Positions 41,301-53,726 are shown, numbered from the stretch's first letter. The stretch: 64,000 nucleotides of DNA from Octopus vulgaris (GCA_951406725.2 OX597820.1:93496001-93560000); one strand, 5' to 3'. Numbers and translations: made by a program. Notes: generated by a model from the sequence alone, not told the origin.

Positions 41301-44300
41301 TGCATTTTCCTCAATGGTTGCAATGTCCTTACAAAACGAAATGGACCTCACAACTTCACTCTCTGCTTGCTCATCTACCTCTTTACAGAGTGAGAGGCAT
41401 GAATAATAAAGGGATTGCCACCACCCCCTGCCAGAGCCTCGTGGAGCTTTAGCTGTTTTCGCTCAATAAACACTCACAATGCCTGCTCTGGAAATCGAAA
41501 CCATGATCCTACGACCGATAGAATAAGTACTAAGCTTACAAAGAATAAGTCGTGAGGTCAATTTGCTCAACTAAAGGTGGTGCTCTAGCATGGCTGCATT
41601 CAAATGACGGAAACGAATAAAAGAATATATATACATAAATATATATATATATATATACATACACATACATACAAAATGAAATAAATATGTATGGAAGAAC
41701 ATTTAGGATATAATTGGATGTACTCGTCCAAAGTCACCTGTTTCTCTTTTTTTGCTTTTTCAACTGATTCTAATTTTTCTCTCTCTTCTGTTTCTTTCCT
41801 CTCTTGTTCTTCCCATTCTTCTCTGATTCGTCTCTAGAATTTAAAAGAAAATGAAAAAGAAATAGAAAAAGAATTGGAAAATTGACATTGGCAGGAGACA
41901 AATTTAATGTGGAGATGTACAGATAATTAAATAAACCCTGGTACATTACTGATATTTATCAAACTGAACTGAAGATAATTTTGGACCCTTACCATTTCTA
42001 CTACTCTACCTTCCATACAATAATAATAATCCTTTTTACTATAGGCACAAGGCCTGAAATTTTAGGGGAAGGGGTCAGTCAATTAGATCAACCCCAGTAT
42101 GCAACAGGTACTTAATTTATCACCCCCAAAAGGATGAAAGGTAAAGTCGACCTTGGCGGAATTTGAACTCAGAACATAAAGACAAGCAGAATGCCACTAA
42201 GCATTTTGTCCAGTGTGCTAACGACTGTGCCAGCTCACCGTCTTACTGCTACTACTACTACTAATAATAATAATCCTTTCTGCTTTAGGCACGATACCTG
42301 AACTTCAGGGGCAAGTTGATTATACTGACCCCTGGCTCACCTGTTGAAGACAATGTTTGAGTGTTCAGCTTCTGCCGAACGACCTCCACAAAATAACTTG
42401 TTTATGGGATCAAGTGTTCATGCTGCACATTAGCTCACTCCCAACCCCATCGAATCAATGTTACCTGAACAGGTGCACAGTGTACCACGTGTCAGGTGTC
42501 AAAGTGATCGCAGAGCAATGTAAGATGGAGTGCTTTGCTCAAGAACACAAAGCATCACCCAGTCTAGGAATTGAAACCACAATCTCATGACCATGAGTGC
42601 AATATCCTAAACACTAGGCCATGTGTTAAGGGTTTCAAATTCTGGCAGAGGACTAGCAGTTTTTGAGGGGAGAAGAAATTTAATTATATTGATGCTAGAA
42701 CTTGAGTGGGTGGGGGTTACTTGATTATATCAACCCCAGCTCAACAGGTGTTTTATGGATCATGGACTGTTTATTGAACATGGAGGGATAAAAATCAAAG
42801 TTGAACCCAGAGTGATTTGAACTGAGAAAACAAAGAGCCAGAACAAACGCGGCAAAGCAATTTTTCTGATGCTCTAATGATTCTACCAGCTCGTAACCTT
42901 AATAATAATAACAATGATAATAATAATAATGATGAGGAGGAGGAGGATTTCAAATTTTGGCACACAACCAGCAATTTTGGGGGAGGGGATGAGTGAAATA
43001 CATTGACCCCAGTACTCAGCTGGTACTTATTTTATCAACCCAAAAAGGATGGAAAGCAAAATGGACCTTGGTGGAATTTAAACTCAGAACATAAAGATGG
43101 ATGAATTGCCGCTAAGCATTTTGGCCAACATGCTAACAATTCTGCCAGCTCTCTGCCTTAATAATAAAGGTTTCAGATTTTGGCACAAGGTCAGCAATTT
43201 TGTGGGAAGGGGTTAATTTGATTACATTGACCTGGTCCTTATTTTATTGACCCTGAAAGGATGAAAGATAAAATCGACCTTGGCGGAATTTGAAAGACAG
43301 ATGAACTAAAAATAATAATAATAAAGCTAAAGTCAAGATCAAATAAATAGTGCATGGGTTAAATTGGCAAAAGATGACCATCCCCACATATAACAATATC
43401 TGTTTCAACACACATTTCCACAGCAAGAATATTGCAGAACAAATACGTAAATGTTTGATAAATGGTTTCTAATTTAGATACAAAACCAGCAATTTTTGAG
43501 GATAGGGGTTAGTCAATACCATTGACACTAGTACTAGACAACTACTTTATTTTATTGACCCCCAAAAAGATGAAAGGTAAAGGTGATCTTGGTGGGATTT
43601 GAACTCAAACTATAAAGGGCCAGAATATTAACACATCAAAGCATTTTATCTGACTCTTTAACCATCGTGCCAATCTACAATCCATAATAATAATCATTTC
43701 AAACGCCTCTCTCTCAGGTGAGACATCCTTGTCTTGCAAGCCACTCAGTGACCTCATGGGTGCTGGTGCCTGCTGAAATGCACCATGCTGGCACTACATA
43801 ATAAGCATCCATGCTGAAGCCATGAGACACTCATGCTGGTGCCATGTAAAAAGCATCTGTGCCAGTGCCACGTGCCAGTTCTGCATAAAAAGCACCCATG
43901 CTAGCACCACAAGAAGGCACCCAATACAATCAGTAAAATAGTTGGCATTAAGAAGGGCATCCAACCATAGAAACTATATAAGGCGGCGAGCTGGCAGAAA
44001 CGTCAGCACACCGGGTGAACTGCTTAGTGGTATTTCGTCTGCCGTTTCGTTCTGAGTTCAAATTCCACCGAGGTCAACTTTGCCTTTCATCCTTCCGGGG
44101 TCGAGAAATTAAGTACCAGTTACACACTGGGATCCATGCAATTGACTCAATCCCTTTATCTGCCCTTGTTTGTCCCCTTTATGTTTAGCCCCTTGTGGGC
44201 AATAAAGAAATAAGAAACTATATCAAAACACAACTGGTGCCTGGTACAACCCTTCAACTTTCCAGCACCTGTTGAACTGTCCAACCCAAGCCAGCATGGA

Positions 44301-47300
44301 AAATGGACACGAAATGATGACGACGATGAAGATGATGCACACAGCCAGCAATTTTGAGGGACAGGATTAGTTGATTAAATCAACCCCAGAACTTGACTGG
44401 AACATTACTGATCCAAGAGGAATGACAGGTGAAGTTAACTTCAGGATTTGAACTAAGAATGTAAAAAACTGGAACAAATACAGCAGGGAAGTATTTAATG
44501 TCTGGTACTCAGTTGGTTCTGATGATGAAACTAACGTGCAAGTGACTGAGTACTCTACTAACGCACGTAGCCTTAATGTAGTTCTCAAGGAGATCCAGTG
44601 TGACAAGGTTGGCCCCTTTCAAATACAAGTGCTACTTATTTTTACCAGCTGCGTGGACTAGAGCAACAAGAAATAAAGTGTCTTGCTCAAGGATATAATG
44701 CACCACCAGGAATTGAACTCATGACCTTACAATTGTGAGTTGATTACTCTAACCACTAAGCCATGCACCTTCACAGTATTTAATATAATAACAGAGTTAT
44801 ATTAAACTAGAATAATAAAATATTATTGAATTTTGAGATACCCACATCCTGTTCTTCTCGACGTTTTCTTTCTTGTTCTTCATGCTGTTTCTGAAGTTCC
44901 CATTCCTTCTGAGCCTGTCTTTCTCGTTCTAACCAGCGTGCATGTTCCACCATCTGTAGTTGCACTTCTTTGTCTCTTGCTTGTTCAGAAATTTCATTGT
45001 CAGAGCTACTTTTATCACAGGTTTCTGAAAAAAAAAAAAAAAAAAAAAGTAATAGGCGCAGATATGGCTGAGTGATTAAGAAATTTACTTCCTAACCACG
45101 GATTCAGTTCCACAGCATAGCACTTCGGAGAAGTGTCTTCAACTATAGCTTTGAACCAACCAAAGCCTTATGAATGGATTTTGTAGATGGAAACTGAAAG
45201 AAGCTTGTCATATACATGTGTGCGTGAGTGTGTGCATGTTTGTGTCTCTTTGTCTTGATAGCATATAATAGTTGTAAACGAGTGTCATTGCCATACAAGC
45301 AGTGTCATTCATTTTCAATCTCTCATAAAAACATGTCTGGTCTCATTTGGAAACAGGAGAGGGTTGGTAACATTAAAGGCATCTAACTGTAGACAATCTG
45401 CCTAAATAGACTCTGTCTATCCCATGCAAGCGTGGAAAAGTGTATATTCACCCTTTAGTATTTAAATCAGCTATATCCAGCTCAAATAGTCTACCTATTT
45501 TGTGTTCAAACCAGCTAGACCTGGCCTCTCGTACCTACCTTACAATATCATTCTAAAAGTATTTAATCACATCATTGAAATCTCAAAGCTACAAGAAAAT
45601 GTATGGTTAATTCAAAACAATGTAAATAAGCATTATATTTGAGAGAATAATTTGAATGCTAAAGGGTTACAATGATGATCATCTCAATCAACTTCTTTTC
45701 CTCTTCCATTGACGACACAACTTGTACATATATACCACAATGGTCTCATCACAACCTCTTAATAATAAGATTTGCCCGGAAGTGCCCATTGTTGTCTTTC
45801 AAAGCTGATTATACCTCGGGTTGCAGCTCCATAACAGTGGGGGTTTGCATCTCAACCACCCTTACAGAGTATAATCAGCATTAACACTTTTGTTACCATA
45901 TTTTTGGAGAAATACACTGCTGAGTCAAGACTATCAAAAAGGTTGCAAGACACAATGAAAATTTTAGGAAAATAAAAATAAGAAATAAGTGGAAATTTTA
46001 CCGGTGAGTGTGTTACATTATAAGGCACAAAAAGAAAATGACTCTCCCCAGGCACAACAGAATACATGCTTTGTTCCAATTAATTTTTAAAATAACGACA
46101 AATTTAGTGAAATGACTCAGTCGTTGCTAAGCTGGTGTGTGGAACAGAAACTAACATGAAGTTTTGACAGAAGGATTTAATTTAGATGACTTTAGCACAA
46201 AGAATTTTTATCAGAGAACCAAGGATGGTATCAAGCAGAGTTACTATCAAAAGGATTAACAAGATTTGTGCAGGATTCTCAATCAGTCTTTTGCTGATAA
46301 AAGGCTGGGAGATGTTGAAATCATCATCTCCATTGCCAGTACAGCCTGACTGGTCCCCGTGCCATGGCCTGTAAAAGGGCACCATTTGAGCGTGATCGTT
46401 ACCAACGTCGCCTTACTGGCACCTGTGCCAGTGGCATGTGTAAAGATTCGAGCGAGGTCATTGCCAGTACCGCCTGACTGGCACCTGTGCCTGTGGCATG
46501 TAAAAAGCACCCACTACACTCTCAGAGTGGTTGGCGTTAGGAAGCGCATCCAGCTGTAGAAACTCTGCCATATCAAGACTGGAGCCTGGTGCAGCCATCT
46601 GGTTCGCCAATCCTCAGTCAAAATCGTCCAACCCATGCTAGCATGGAAAGCGAACGTTAAACGATGATGATGATCATCATCATTGTCATCCTTTCATATC
46701 TATTTTCTATGCTGGTTTGGGTTTGTTGGTTTAACCAGAGATGGCAAGCTGGAGAGCTGCACCAGGTACCAGTTAGATTTAGCTTGGTTTCTACGGCTGG
46801 ATGCCCTTCCTAATGCCAGTCACTTCATAGTGTGTGCTGGGTGCTTTTAATGTGATACCAGCACAAGGACTTTTAGGTGGTGCTGGCACAAGTGCCTTTA
46901 CGTGGCACCAGCACAGAACTCTTGCAGACCAATTCTCTTCACCAGGGGAAGTGGCCTTAACATATCTCTGCTGTGGTGGAGGGGTCTTCTTGAGTACAGT
47001 AAGGTGCCAGGTATCTAGTCATCAATTGATTACATCAATCTCAGTATTTGAGTAGTACTTTATTTAACCAGTCTTGGAAAGATGAAAGGCTAAGGTGCCT
47101 TTACTAGGACTGTTGAACTTAGAACATAAAGGGTTAGAAGTAACTAGTGCAAAGTATTTTGTTTGGTGTATCCCATTGCATGTCACCATGGGCAAATGTC
47201 TAAACTTTAGTAGCTTAGAGATGATCCATGCTTTTTCAGTGAAATTGGTAAATGGAAACTCATGTATATAAATATGCATGTGTGTGTGAATGATGAATTT

Positions 47301-50300
47301 CTGCATCATTTGAACAAAAAATGGTGATGTAATGTTTATATTCGTTGTGAACAACATATCTGAGCTTTTGAAGTCTAATGGAATGAAAATTCTTCGTTCG
47401 AATAACAGGTAAATGATTAACTGGATGAGTATCTAGTTGCCTTAATAGTGCCTCAAATAAGTATCCATCCAACCCATGTCAACATGGAAATATCGATGTA
47501 AAGTGAATAAACAAATCCTAATGATTCTGCTTATAAACATGTAATAAACACAGAAGAGAGAGAGGTGGGGTGGGAGATACAAAAAGAGAGAGAGAGAGAG
47601 AAGGAGAGATAGAGAGAGAGAGAGAGAAAGATATTGTCAGCAAGTTCTTACTTACCAAGGTTATTGTTCTGGGCAAGTTTTCTCCGTTTTAATTTCCTTT
47701 TTAATTTCTTTAAAAGTTTCTTCCAACTTTTATGACTAATAAAATATAAAATAAAATTTCATTTGTTTGCAGAGAAATACTTCTGAAATAATGTAATAAG
47801 AATGTAAACCATGACAAAAAGACCTTCTGAAAACAGAAGGTCTTTGACTTGAGCAATTGATAATCCAGTTTCATTGGCTGTGTATGTGTGTGTGAGAGAG
47901 AGAGATAGATAGAGATTCTTTTTTTTTAACCCCATTCCAGCTTAATCTAGAGGGACTAAAAGGAAGTGTTTTTCATAGAACAGTATCTAAGCATAATAGA
48001 TTGAAGGCCAGTAAGGGCTATGGGCACCATGGCCTCTTCTTCCTCAGATTAACTCAAAATTAAAAAAAGATAAAGTTGCAAATTCTACTATTAACAGAGA
48101 GTGTGGACCAAATAATTAGCCAAGAGTTCAGCACTTCAAATCTTGTCTCTCAACACTGTCTTTGTATTGAACTGTTATATAGCCATGTTGACCAAACTGA
48201 AAAGTACTGACAAGTGCAGGTAAAAGCCACCACTGATAAAATTAATAAGAACTTTGTTGAGTTTATGGTGCCGAGTCTAACTCTTCCAGTAACTATAACT
48301 TTCTGTCTTATGAAGGAATGTTTTCTGCTGTATGAATTGTTAAATATCATATAAAATCCGTTCTGTCTGTCTGTGTGTGTGTCTTCTAGGATCTCGGGCA
48401 TCCTCCATCTGATTGCGCTCAAATTTGATAAGTAGATACCAACGGTATCAGGGCATGCATAAGTCTTGAAAAAATTACAAAAATCAATTCCAGGTGAGAA
48501 TGCGATTGATAAAGCCATGGGAATGTGCATTTGTATGTGCAAGTACATCAGTCAAAATCTGTCTTTTGCTGGTGTCTCAAATTTAGGTTAAATCAGTGTT
48601 TCTCAAAGGGGAGGCTTATGGGATGGTCGGACAAGTTGTTTTGAGAAAATTTGGTTTAAATGTTTCACAACTCAGCACCGTTCATTGGACGGGGGGGGGG
48701 GGGGCATTTTGCTCATACGCTATATAAAGGGCAAAAGTTTACAGCACGGTCGAAAATCTTAGGTGGTTAAGGTGTTGAGTTCATAAACAAAAGGTCATGG
48801 GTTCAATTTCTGGATTGGGTAGTAGAATGTGTCGACAAGCAAGGCACTTTATTCCATGTTGTATCAGTCTACCCAGCAGGAATGAATACCAGCCAAGTGC
48901 AGCCCTCACTTCTATCAGCTGTATATCCATATTCCACTGGGTTAACAATAGACTGAAAGGGTATTCATGCCTGCTTGTGACTATACTGACACCTAAAATA
49001 ATTAGCAAAAGCATAATACACACAGCCAGATCATACTTGCTTCTGAGTGACAGTTGTAGTTTTGGTTACTACACTTCTGTGCAAGTCTGACCAAGAGCCA
49101 GTATGGGAATATGAGATAAGGAACATTTGTAGAAAGATAAGCTGATTGGAAACATATTGACCATACATAGACAGAGAGGATTAGTATTCACCTACTCTTT
49201 TTTACTCTTTTTACTTGTTTCAGTCATTTGACTGCAGCCATGCTGGAGCACCGCCTTTAGTCGAGCAAATCGACCCCGGGACTTATTCTTTGTAAGCCCA
49301 GTACTTATTCTATCGGTCTCTTTTGCCGAACCGCTAAGTGACGGGGACGTAAACACACCAGCATCGGTTGTCAAGCAATGCTAGGGGAACAAACACAGAC
49401 ACACAAACATATTCACACACACTTATATATATATACATATATACGACAGGCTTCTTTCAGTTTCCGTCTACCAAATCCACTCACAAGGCATTGGTCGGCC
49501 CGGGGCTATAGCAGAAGACACTTGCCCAAGATGCCACGCAGTGGGACTGAACCCGGAACCATGTGGTTGGTTAGCAAGCTACTTACCAAACAGCCACTCC
49601 TGCGCCTATGGGAGTTACTTTTGGATCATTGACTTTGATCATTACAATAATAATTGCAGAATCAGTAAAGTTCTAGATAAAACGAATTGTATTACCATCA
49701 TCGTTGAGTGTTCATTTTTCCATGCATGCATGGTTCGAACAAAGTTTGAGGCAGATTTTCTATGACAGGATGCACTTCCTGTTGCCAACCCTCATCTATC
49801 TCCAAAGAAGGTAATATTTCCCCATGCTCTTGCATTCTCACAGAAGATTGGAAATGAAAAACACTGCTTGTATGACAGTGACATTCATTTACAACAATCA
49901 TACAATATCAAGACAAGGAGACACACACACATATTTTAAAGAATGTGGAGCACTTAAGATAAGTTTTAATCACACATTTACATTTTCAAGTTATTGTGGT
50001 GTGACAAAATGAAACAACGGCCAGGATATTGTGTCTTTCCAAATTCCAGCTGAGTCTTATACAACTCTTTTGTTTTTTTTTTTACTTGTTTCAGTCATTT
50101 GACTGCGGCCATGCTGGAGCACCGCCTTTAGTCGAGCAAATCGACCCCGGAACTCATTCTTTGTAGGCCCAGTACTTATTCTATCAGTCTCCTTTGCCGA
50201 ACCGCTAAGTGACGGGGAAGTAAACACACCAGCATCGGTTGTCAAGCAATGCTAGGGGGACAAACACAAACATACATATATATATATATATACATATATA

Positions 50301-51740
50301 CGACAGGCTTCTTTCAGTTTCCGTCTACCAAATCCACTCACAAGGCATTGGTCGGCCCGGGGCTATAGCAGAAGACACTTGCCCAAGATGCCACGCAGTG
50401 GGACTGAACCCGGAACCATGTGGTTGGTTAGCAAGCTACTTACCACACAGCCACCCCTGCATCAATAAGAAATACAAACTGGATCCCTAACCAAGAATTG
50501 AATATCAGTTTCATCGTTCTTGGGATTTGCACTTGGAATTTATTAGTTCAAACTGTCAAATTTGCCACCATCTCAGGTGATAGAGAGTTCAATCTAGATA
50601 GCACATCCTATTCCATTGTCAATGACTTGGTTTGTATTTTGTACAGGTATAAATTTGAGACATTTAGAGAAAAAGGTTCTCTTTCTACTGCAATTTCCTG
50701 ACTTAACTTCTTCTTCCGACCACGAGCAGATAGTGTTTTCTACGACCATGGAATCAAAGACATAGCTTTCATTGGTAATGTACTTTGTGCAAACTACGTG
50801 CGTTTTCATCCCACACAATATAGTAACAGACTTCTACAAGCACTGACAAGCGATTCTTTATCAAAACTGACTCCAACTCGCCGAAGTTGTGAAACTTGGT
50901 AACGATTCAATAAAATCTCTAATTATCACTCTGAAACTTATCATTTTATGCAACACATCTGCTTCTTAATACTGCAACAGCTCCACCATGTAACTATCTA
51001 TTTTACCGTTACATTCGGCGTTACACTTGCATACCTTTTAAGGTTGTTATTAAATACTTCTATGTTACATCAAGTTCTTTTCTTTCTCGTTTTAAATATG
51101 GGCAATGTTTCGTTTGTCGCCTAAATATGTTTTTTCAAATGAACTCATAAGTATTGTTTTTATACCTCATTAGAACGTAAAATAATATATTTTTGAAAAG
51201 TTGTTTATAAGTTTCCGTTTACACCATTACATCTCAAAATGAATGCTATTTTTGTAATTCCTTTGATATTATTTCTAAATATTTTTTTTTCTCCCAAAAT
51301 AAGGTCAGCAATATTTGGGTTTTGGTACATAAAGCACTCCCCAATTCCTCGAAAATAAATATCGAACAGTGATGTCTCACATAAGCACGATGCCACAAAT
51401 TTCAGTGACAGAACGCAATCCGATTATTTAACCGACCCCAGCACATGGTTACAAGTTTATTTAAGGACACCGCAAATCTGAAAGGTAGAGGCAACTTTGT
51501 TTAAATCAACAACAATGAGGGATATAATTAAATACTGCAAAACATTCGATCCAGCGCTCCATCGATTCTGTCAATCACAATATTATTAAATATAGTGAAT
51601 CTTTCAACGAAATTTCATTTCAATTTTCAGACGTTGCAATATTTAATCTTTGTAAATGCTTACCTCATTTTATTTCCCTGTATAAAAGTATCAGCCGACG
51701 GCCCAATCAAACTAGTTAAAGCCTCCTCCGATATTTCCAT
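17533..51740 (-). CDS. ZRSR2: ZRSR2/URP (U2AF35-related CCCH-UHM-CCCH-RS splicing factor), 10 coding exons, 554 aa
   Basis: join(51664-51740,47656-47735,44846-45024,41738-41833,35667-35711,34694-34806,31830-31933,29025-29187,25575-25684,17533-18230) totals 1665 nt. All introns are GT-AG with matching phases. The protein has an N-terminal basic/coiled-coil region, ZF1 CSFFAKTGACRFGERCSRNH, a UHM (FYEDVLPEF...VSCNYEPHLRGNVYVQF...FNGRWYGGRQL), ZF2 CGLYSENRCHKGKSCNFLH and an RS tail. The long charged N-terminus distinguishes it from U2AF1. Confidence 0.96.
17726..17925 (-). repeat. Coding 30-bp tandem repeat (about 6.7 copies) encoding RK[RH]S[RK]SRSP[SP]
   Basis: Plus-strand unit close to cgctttcttg(g/a)aggagaacgtgat(c/t)tgga(a/g) recurs at a 30-nt period. 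Confidence 0.95.
20192..20407 (+). pseudogene. LINE ORF1 C-terminal remnant (TRPGLPSDVRPKLRV...TTATQGN*)
   Basis: 71 sense codons run without a stop from the insertion junction to TAA at 20405-20407, directly upstream of ORF2. Confidence 0.7.
20464..23228 (+). pseudogene. LINE ORF2: APE endonuclease + reverse transcriptase with one frameshift at 21913-21916
   Basis: EN motifs LNARSL, VTETW, GDFN, LDL, SDH. RT motifs NYRPVSLTS, YLDFAKAF, GVPQGSVLGP, YADD. C-terminal TRGH...FF..RV...WN.LP. IPLFK(K)GDR lacks one A. Confidence 0.95.
25575..25684 (-). CDS. ZRSR2: ZRSR2 exon 9 (EEDAFNAFTKFNGRWYGGRQLSCHFVEIKKWGAAIC)
   Basis: 110 nt, poly-T/cccag acceptor, gtaagc donor. FNGRWY is the UHM RXF-like motif. 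Confidence 0.97.
28180..28640 (-). mobile_element. Degraded RTE-like LINE 3' fragment
   Basis: Minus-strand remnants such as KIEA/FEMWNF and GCQRHLWTNNI resemble the RTE C-terminus. Confidence 0.5.
29025..29187 (-). CDS. ZRSR2: ZRSR2 exon 8 (LTLEFEE...FYEDVLPEF...VSCNYEPHLRGNVYVQFK-T), UHM
   Basis: 163 nt, tttgtag acceptor, gtaagt donor. HLRGNVYVQ motif. Confidence 0.97.
29548..29870 (+). mobile_element. SINE family A (internal microsatellite region deleted)
   Basis: Matches 9249-9640. Confidence 0.9.
29901..30116. repeat. 108-bp tandem duplication (2 copies, 1 mismatch seen)
   Basis: cataattagtacatttgtgtg... starts at both 29901 and 30009. Confidence 0.95.
30795..31005 (-). mobile_element. 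SINE family B
   Basis: Reverse complement of 43980-44215. Confidence 0.85.
31830..31933 (-). CDS. ZRSR2: ZRSR2 exon 7 (CSRNHPEPEVCTTLVFPGMY...DDYDT)
   Basis: 104 nt, ttgtag acceptor, gtgaat donor. Completes ZF1 and starts the UHM. Confidence 0.95.
33070..34135 (-). mobile_element. Degraded RTE-clade LINE reverse-transcriptase fragment
   Basis: DLEKAFDRVP at about 34105-34134, P*ELLFAGALVL (decayed YADD region), SIQCPQCKLLPHKR, LEVVDSFCY. Confidence 0.8.
34694..34806 (-). CDS. ZRSR2: ZRSR2 exon 6 (GGQCSHNPLAP...CSFFAKTGACRFGE-R), zinc finger 1
   Basis: 113 nt. cactaac branch point precedes the cttatag acceptor, and the donor is gtaaat. KTGACRFG motif. Confidence 0.95.
34948..35443. mobile_element. 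Tigger/pogo-like MITE in ZRSR2 intron 5
   Basis: TA|cagtaatccctcgcc ... ggtgagggattacta|TA terminal inverted repeats. Confidence 0.8.
35667..35711 (-). CDS. ZRSR2: ZRSR2 exon 5 (EALLKEATINQALNS)
   Basis: 45 nt, phase 0/0, ttgcag acceptor, gtgagt donor. Confidence 0.75.
37315..37539 (-). mobile_element. SINE family B (young)
   Basis: Reverse complement of 43980-44215 with CpGs largely retained. Confidence 0.9.
41738..41833 (-). CDS. ZRSR2: ZRSR2 exon 4 (RRIREEWEEQERKETEEREKLESVEKAKKEKQ)
   Basis: 96 nt, phase 0/0, ttctag acceptor, gtgact donor. Carries an EEWEEQ motif. Confidence 0.9.
43980..44215 (+). mobile_element. Full-length SINE family B
   Basis: aggcggcgagctggcagaa head, gagttcaaattcc B-box-like motif, central gcctttcatccttccggggtcga...aagtaccag (resembles the MetaSINE-type central domain, from memory) and aataaagaaata tail. 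Confidence 0.85.
44846..45024 (-). CDS. ZRSR2: ZRSR2 exon 3 (TCDKSS...HARWLERERQAQKEWELQKQHEEQERKRREEQD)
   Basis: 179 nt, poly-T/cag acceptor, gtgggt donor. E/R/K-rich coiled coil with a WLxRExxAQxEW motif. Confidence 0.9.
45451..45666. mobile_element. piggyBac-like MITE
   Basis: ccctttagtattta ... tgaatgctaaaggg TIRs with degenerate TTAA flanks (ttca / ttac). Confidence 0.65.
46340..46672 (+). mobile_element. SINE family C with (ATG)n tail
   Basis: ttggcgttaggaagcgcatccagctgtagaaac...aacccatgctagcatggaaag...atgatgatg. Other copies near 5595, 7840, 11300, 31110, 37580, 38770 and 46680. Confidence 0.8.
47656..47735 (-). CDS. ZRSR2: ZRSR2 exon 2 (HKSWKKLLKKLKRKLKRRKLAQNNNL)
   Basis: 80 nt, ttttattag acceptor, gtaagt donor. 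Resembles the basic SHKKYRAALKKEKRKKRRQELA segment of ZRSR2. Confidence 0.9.
49194..49606 (-). mobile_element. Full-length young SINE family A
   Basis: Reverse complement of 9249-9640. Confidence 0.92.
50063..50460 (-). mobile_element. Young SINE family A
   Basis: Nearly identical to 49194-49606. Confidence 0.92.
51664..51740 (-). CDS. ZRSR2: ZRSR2 coding exon 1 (MEISEEALTSLIGPSADTFIQGNKM-S)
   Basis: ATG has an in-frame TGA 15 nt upstream. Donor AG|gtaagc. The phase-2 end completes Ser with exon 2. Sequence conservation is not assessable, so the call rests on phase and donor. Confidence 0.75.
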
Positions 51741-52357
51741 AGCACGAAAATATCACAAAACCCACACAAAAACAATTTCTTTCAGTCTGAAGACATTTCG
51801 TGCTCAAAAACACGGTTTATAGACCAAACTTGATCTTCATAGAATGAAGAGTACCAGTCAAGAACGATTATGCAAAAGATTTTGATTTATTTACTTTTTA
51901 AAAACTTAATTTATTTCTTAATCAATTCTGTTTTTTAAAATGCTTAGTCGGAACAATTTAGCATGTGTCTATCCCTATTTTTTATCTCATATTTTCCCGG
52001 GTGTGGGGAACGTGCATATATGTTAGTGAGTGTGTTGCTATAGTTTCGGTCTAGGTCAGCCCTGATTGATAAAAGCTTTTGGTCAATAACAATTTGGCCA
52101 AAGCCACCTTATCTTTTTCCAGACAGTTACATTTAGGGCTCTTCTTATATCCAACAAGCTCTTCCTATTTCAAAGTGGTGTAATGTTATACAAGGAAAAT
52201 TTAGCCGCTATCGCTACAGGAATAAGCGCACGTGTGTGTAAAGGGAAGTAACTCTCTAAAACTCGCCAATCTCATTCCCATCTTCGACGCATAAAATTAT
52301 TGAATAAGTCTTAGTATTCGACACATTTTATTATAGGGACAAAGGTTAGCAGAATTA

Positions 52358-52577
52358 CCCTTTTGTTACTAACCCGGCCAAAACCGGCTCTGGCTATGTG
52401 GTAAAATGTCTTATTTTCATAAGTTTTGAATTAAAATATTCCACCAAGCTTTAGTCACAATTTACATTCCTAGCACTAGCTTAATAATAACTAAATTATT
52501 TTACTAAATTCTTTGCTATATTTAAAATAGTTGAAAGAAACACAGAACATCTCAAAATAAATACAGTAACGAAAGGG
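52358..52577. mobile_element. piggyBac-like MITE upstream of the ZRSR2 start
   Basis: cccttttgttact ... agtaacgaaaggg|TTAA. Confidence 0.75.
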
Positions 52578-53726
52578 TTAAGCACTTCAAATAACTCCTC
52601 ATTGCTTTTTTATTTTTCTTAATTTTATGAAAATTTTTGCGAATATATGTTCTACATGGAGAGAGATTCTTTTATTCTCCGCCCCATAAAATCCTAAAAT
52701 TTCTACTCCTTATCGAATTGTTTTTAAATCAGAGTTTAAAATACGGACAGCCCGAATTTTTGCTTCAATCCTAGCAACGGATCTCCTTTGGGTACATCAT
52801 CATTCCGTTAAATGTCTTTATGGGGAGAAAAATATTGAAAAACATCAATACCTGTCAGAGTGACCAACAAACAAGGTGTCGGATGGCCGTGAGATGTAAA
52901 AATTACTGCAAAATCGCCTTTAAATCACACACACACATGGTCCTGGCAACAGGGGGTGCAAGCGCACCCCCCTAGACTTTTCGCAGAGTGCAGAACCAAA
53001 ATTTGCAGCCCTACTTATTTTTCTAAGGTTTAGAAAACGGTAAATAAAAAGTGATGTGTAAAAAGTAGCTTGAAGTTGGGTTCCTTCTCAAAGAACAAAA
53101 CACAAAAATAATAATAAAAATAAATAAATAAGACCTTGTTTGTAAATATTTTTGGACTTGGGTTTGCACCCACTAAGCAAATTTCATTCCCGAACCAGTG
53201 CACACACACACACACACTTTTTGCAAAATCGTGTGAATTCTCGTGTGCAGAACATAAATTTGCATAAATTTTCTGAAAATTCCATAAAATGAAGAAAAAG
53301 AAAGCTATTGGAGATTTTATGAGATGCTTAAACCAAAATTCCTGTCAAAATTTTGTTATTAAATCATTATTTCTAAATAGACACAAAGCATTCTGGGAAT
53401 GGGGTTATTAGTTGAATATATTGGCTTGAATCTCTCTACTCAGAAAGAATAAGTATCGCAAACATTTTGTGTAACGTTCTAACGATTCTGCCAATCGATA
53501 ACTAATTCCCAGACTAAATAGCGGAGTCGGTATAGATGATTGGCTCAACTCCGTGAACTCGGTCACCGTCTCCGCCCCACCGTAACATAGCAACGGTTAA
53601 TGTTTGAAAGCAGTAATTAAAACTATGGAAGGGAGACAATCGAAACTGTCTTTATTATTTGCCTATTCTTACAACTAGGGTTATTTCCCTTAACAAAATA
53701 ATTCCATTGCAAGTTAGAGAAATATA

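Noticed and set aside
50594-50818. ORF as an alternative first exon of ZRSR2
   Set aside because: No convincing donor in the required phase and no recognisable motif. The exon at 51664-51740 fits better.
18231-51663. U12-type intron or U11-binding autoregulatory element in ZRSR2
   Set aside because: All nine donors are U2-type. Only isolated GTATCT matches were seen (intron 3 at +5 and within exon 8), with no tandem GTATCCT motif.
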